A stretch of DNA of 64,000 nt. Origin: Octopus bimaculoides. Lineage: Eukaryota. The DNA is taken from the NCBI RefSeq assembly GCF_001194135.2, contig NC_069002.1, positions 17,326,390 to 17,390,389 of the forward strand. The letters are read 5' to 3'. Numbering within the stretch: the stretch's first letter is position 1; each line of letters starts with the position of its first letter. The position numbers and the translations under genes are program-made. The notes beneath the pieces are model-generated. The model searched no databases. It saw nothing but the letters and a program-made list of their open reading frames with translations, and was not told the DNA's origin. Positions 62,861 to 64,000 of this stretch are shown here, piece after piece.

Positions 62861-63810
62861 ACAAGGAATCTTTGAGAGAAGTGGTGGGGTATTGACTAAT
62901 ATAAATTCATTATCTTTGTAATATAGAATAGTATTAGAGTAACTCTGATCTCTTTCTTTTCCCCCTTCTACTTTCCTCTTCATCTACTCCTGCCACTCCT
63001 CCTTTTTGCTTCTAACTCCCACCTTTTCTCTCTCTTCCCCTTTCATAGCTCATCTTCCTTGCAGGGAAAGTTTCTAACAAGAGATTGTCATTCTATCCAG
63101 GAAGAGATTCACCTCTGCTTAATATTGTTGAAATTATGTTCTTGTTATTTGGAATATGATACTAGCCATCTATTTCTCCCTTAATTCCATCTCTCTCTAC
63201 TTCTTTCTCTTTACCCTCACCCCTTAGCTGTACACATCTTTATCTATCTCTCTGTCTCTCTCCTTACAACTTTCTCTTTCATTTTAATTTTTTTTTCTTT
63301 ATTTTTTCCTTGCTCTCTCCTTCTCTGCTCACATCTTTATTGCTGTACCTCCTCTTAATTGCAATTTCTCTCTCTCTCCTTCTCTACACACATACTTATC
63401 TGTCTGTCTGTCTCTCTCTTTCTCTCTCTCTCTCTCTCACCTGTTGTCCAAGACATTTTTACTCTTTTTTCTTCCTCTTACCTCTGTACCCACCTCCCTT
63501 TCCTGCTCACCCTCTCTACCCATCTCCAACCTCTGCTCCCTTTTCTACCTGTTGTGTCTACCCACATTCTCTTCCTGAATTCCACCCCTATTCCTTTTCT
63601 CTGCATGTCCCATTCTCTACACCATCTTTCGCCTCTACCACTGTCTATCTCTACCCATATCCACCTTCACCCATATCCCAGCTCTACCCACCCTCTTTAC
63701 TTCTGATCCACCTACTACCCCTTATCCTCCTCTCACTTCTATCCATCTCTATTTTTTTCCAAATATCTTCTCTTCTCTCTTCCTTTATATATATATATAT
63801 ATATATATAT

Positions 63811-63958
63811 ACACTCTCTGAGTGGTTGGCATTATGAAGGGCATCCAGCTGTAGAAACTCTGCCAAATTAGATTGGAGCCTGGTGTAGCCATCTGGTTTC
63901 ACCAGTCCTCAGTCAAATCGTCCAACCCATGCTAGCATGGAAAGCGGACGTTAAACGA

Positions 63959-63960
<2 letters not shown>
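63811..63960 (+). mobile_element. 3' terminal ~150 bp of the same RTE family as 24021-25594, embedded in (TA)n
   Basis: About 6 mismatches in ~146 bp against the reverse complement of 24041-24186 (hand count). Confidence 0.9.

Positions 63961-64000
<40 letters not shown>

Overview
AT-rich, gap-riddled animal genomic DNA. The SINE/LINE repertoire points to a cephalopod, probably Octopus (inference from repeat style, not database-checked). The only recognisable host-gene sequence is the first coding exon of the RING E3 ligase RNF41/Nrdp1 (604-693, +). No later RNF41 exon is visible, so the rest of the window looks like one very large intron packed with mobile DNA. That DNA includes three tRNA-headed SINE families (one forming head-to-tail arrays linked by (ATT)n), RTE LINE pieces of several ages, an R4/Dong-like restriction-endonuclease fragment, internally deleted mariner and maT transposons, a deleted Helitron with both termini, and piggyBac-, Kolobok-, hAT- and Tc1-type MITEs. 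The most notable unannotated signals are a complete minimal type-I hammerhead ribozyme motif at 6054-6105, a decayed second one at about 31470-31560, and a three-level nested insertion at 23593-25611 (MITE in MITE, then a LINE). I found no evidence of a new multi-gene system. Nearly all ORFs in the supplied track are artefacts of N-gaps, microsatellites or SINEs. SINE boundaries are approximate (about +/-20 bp).
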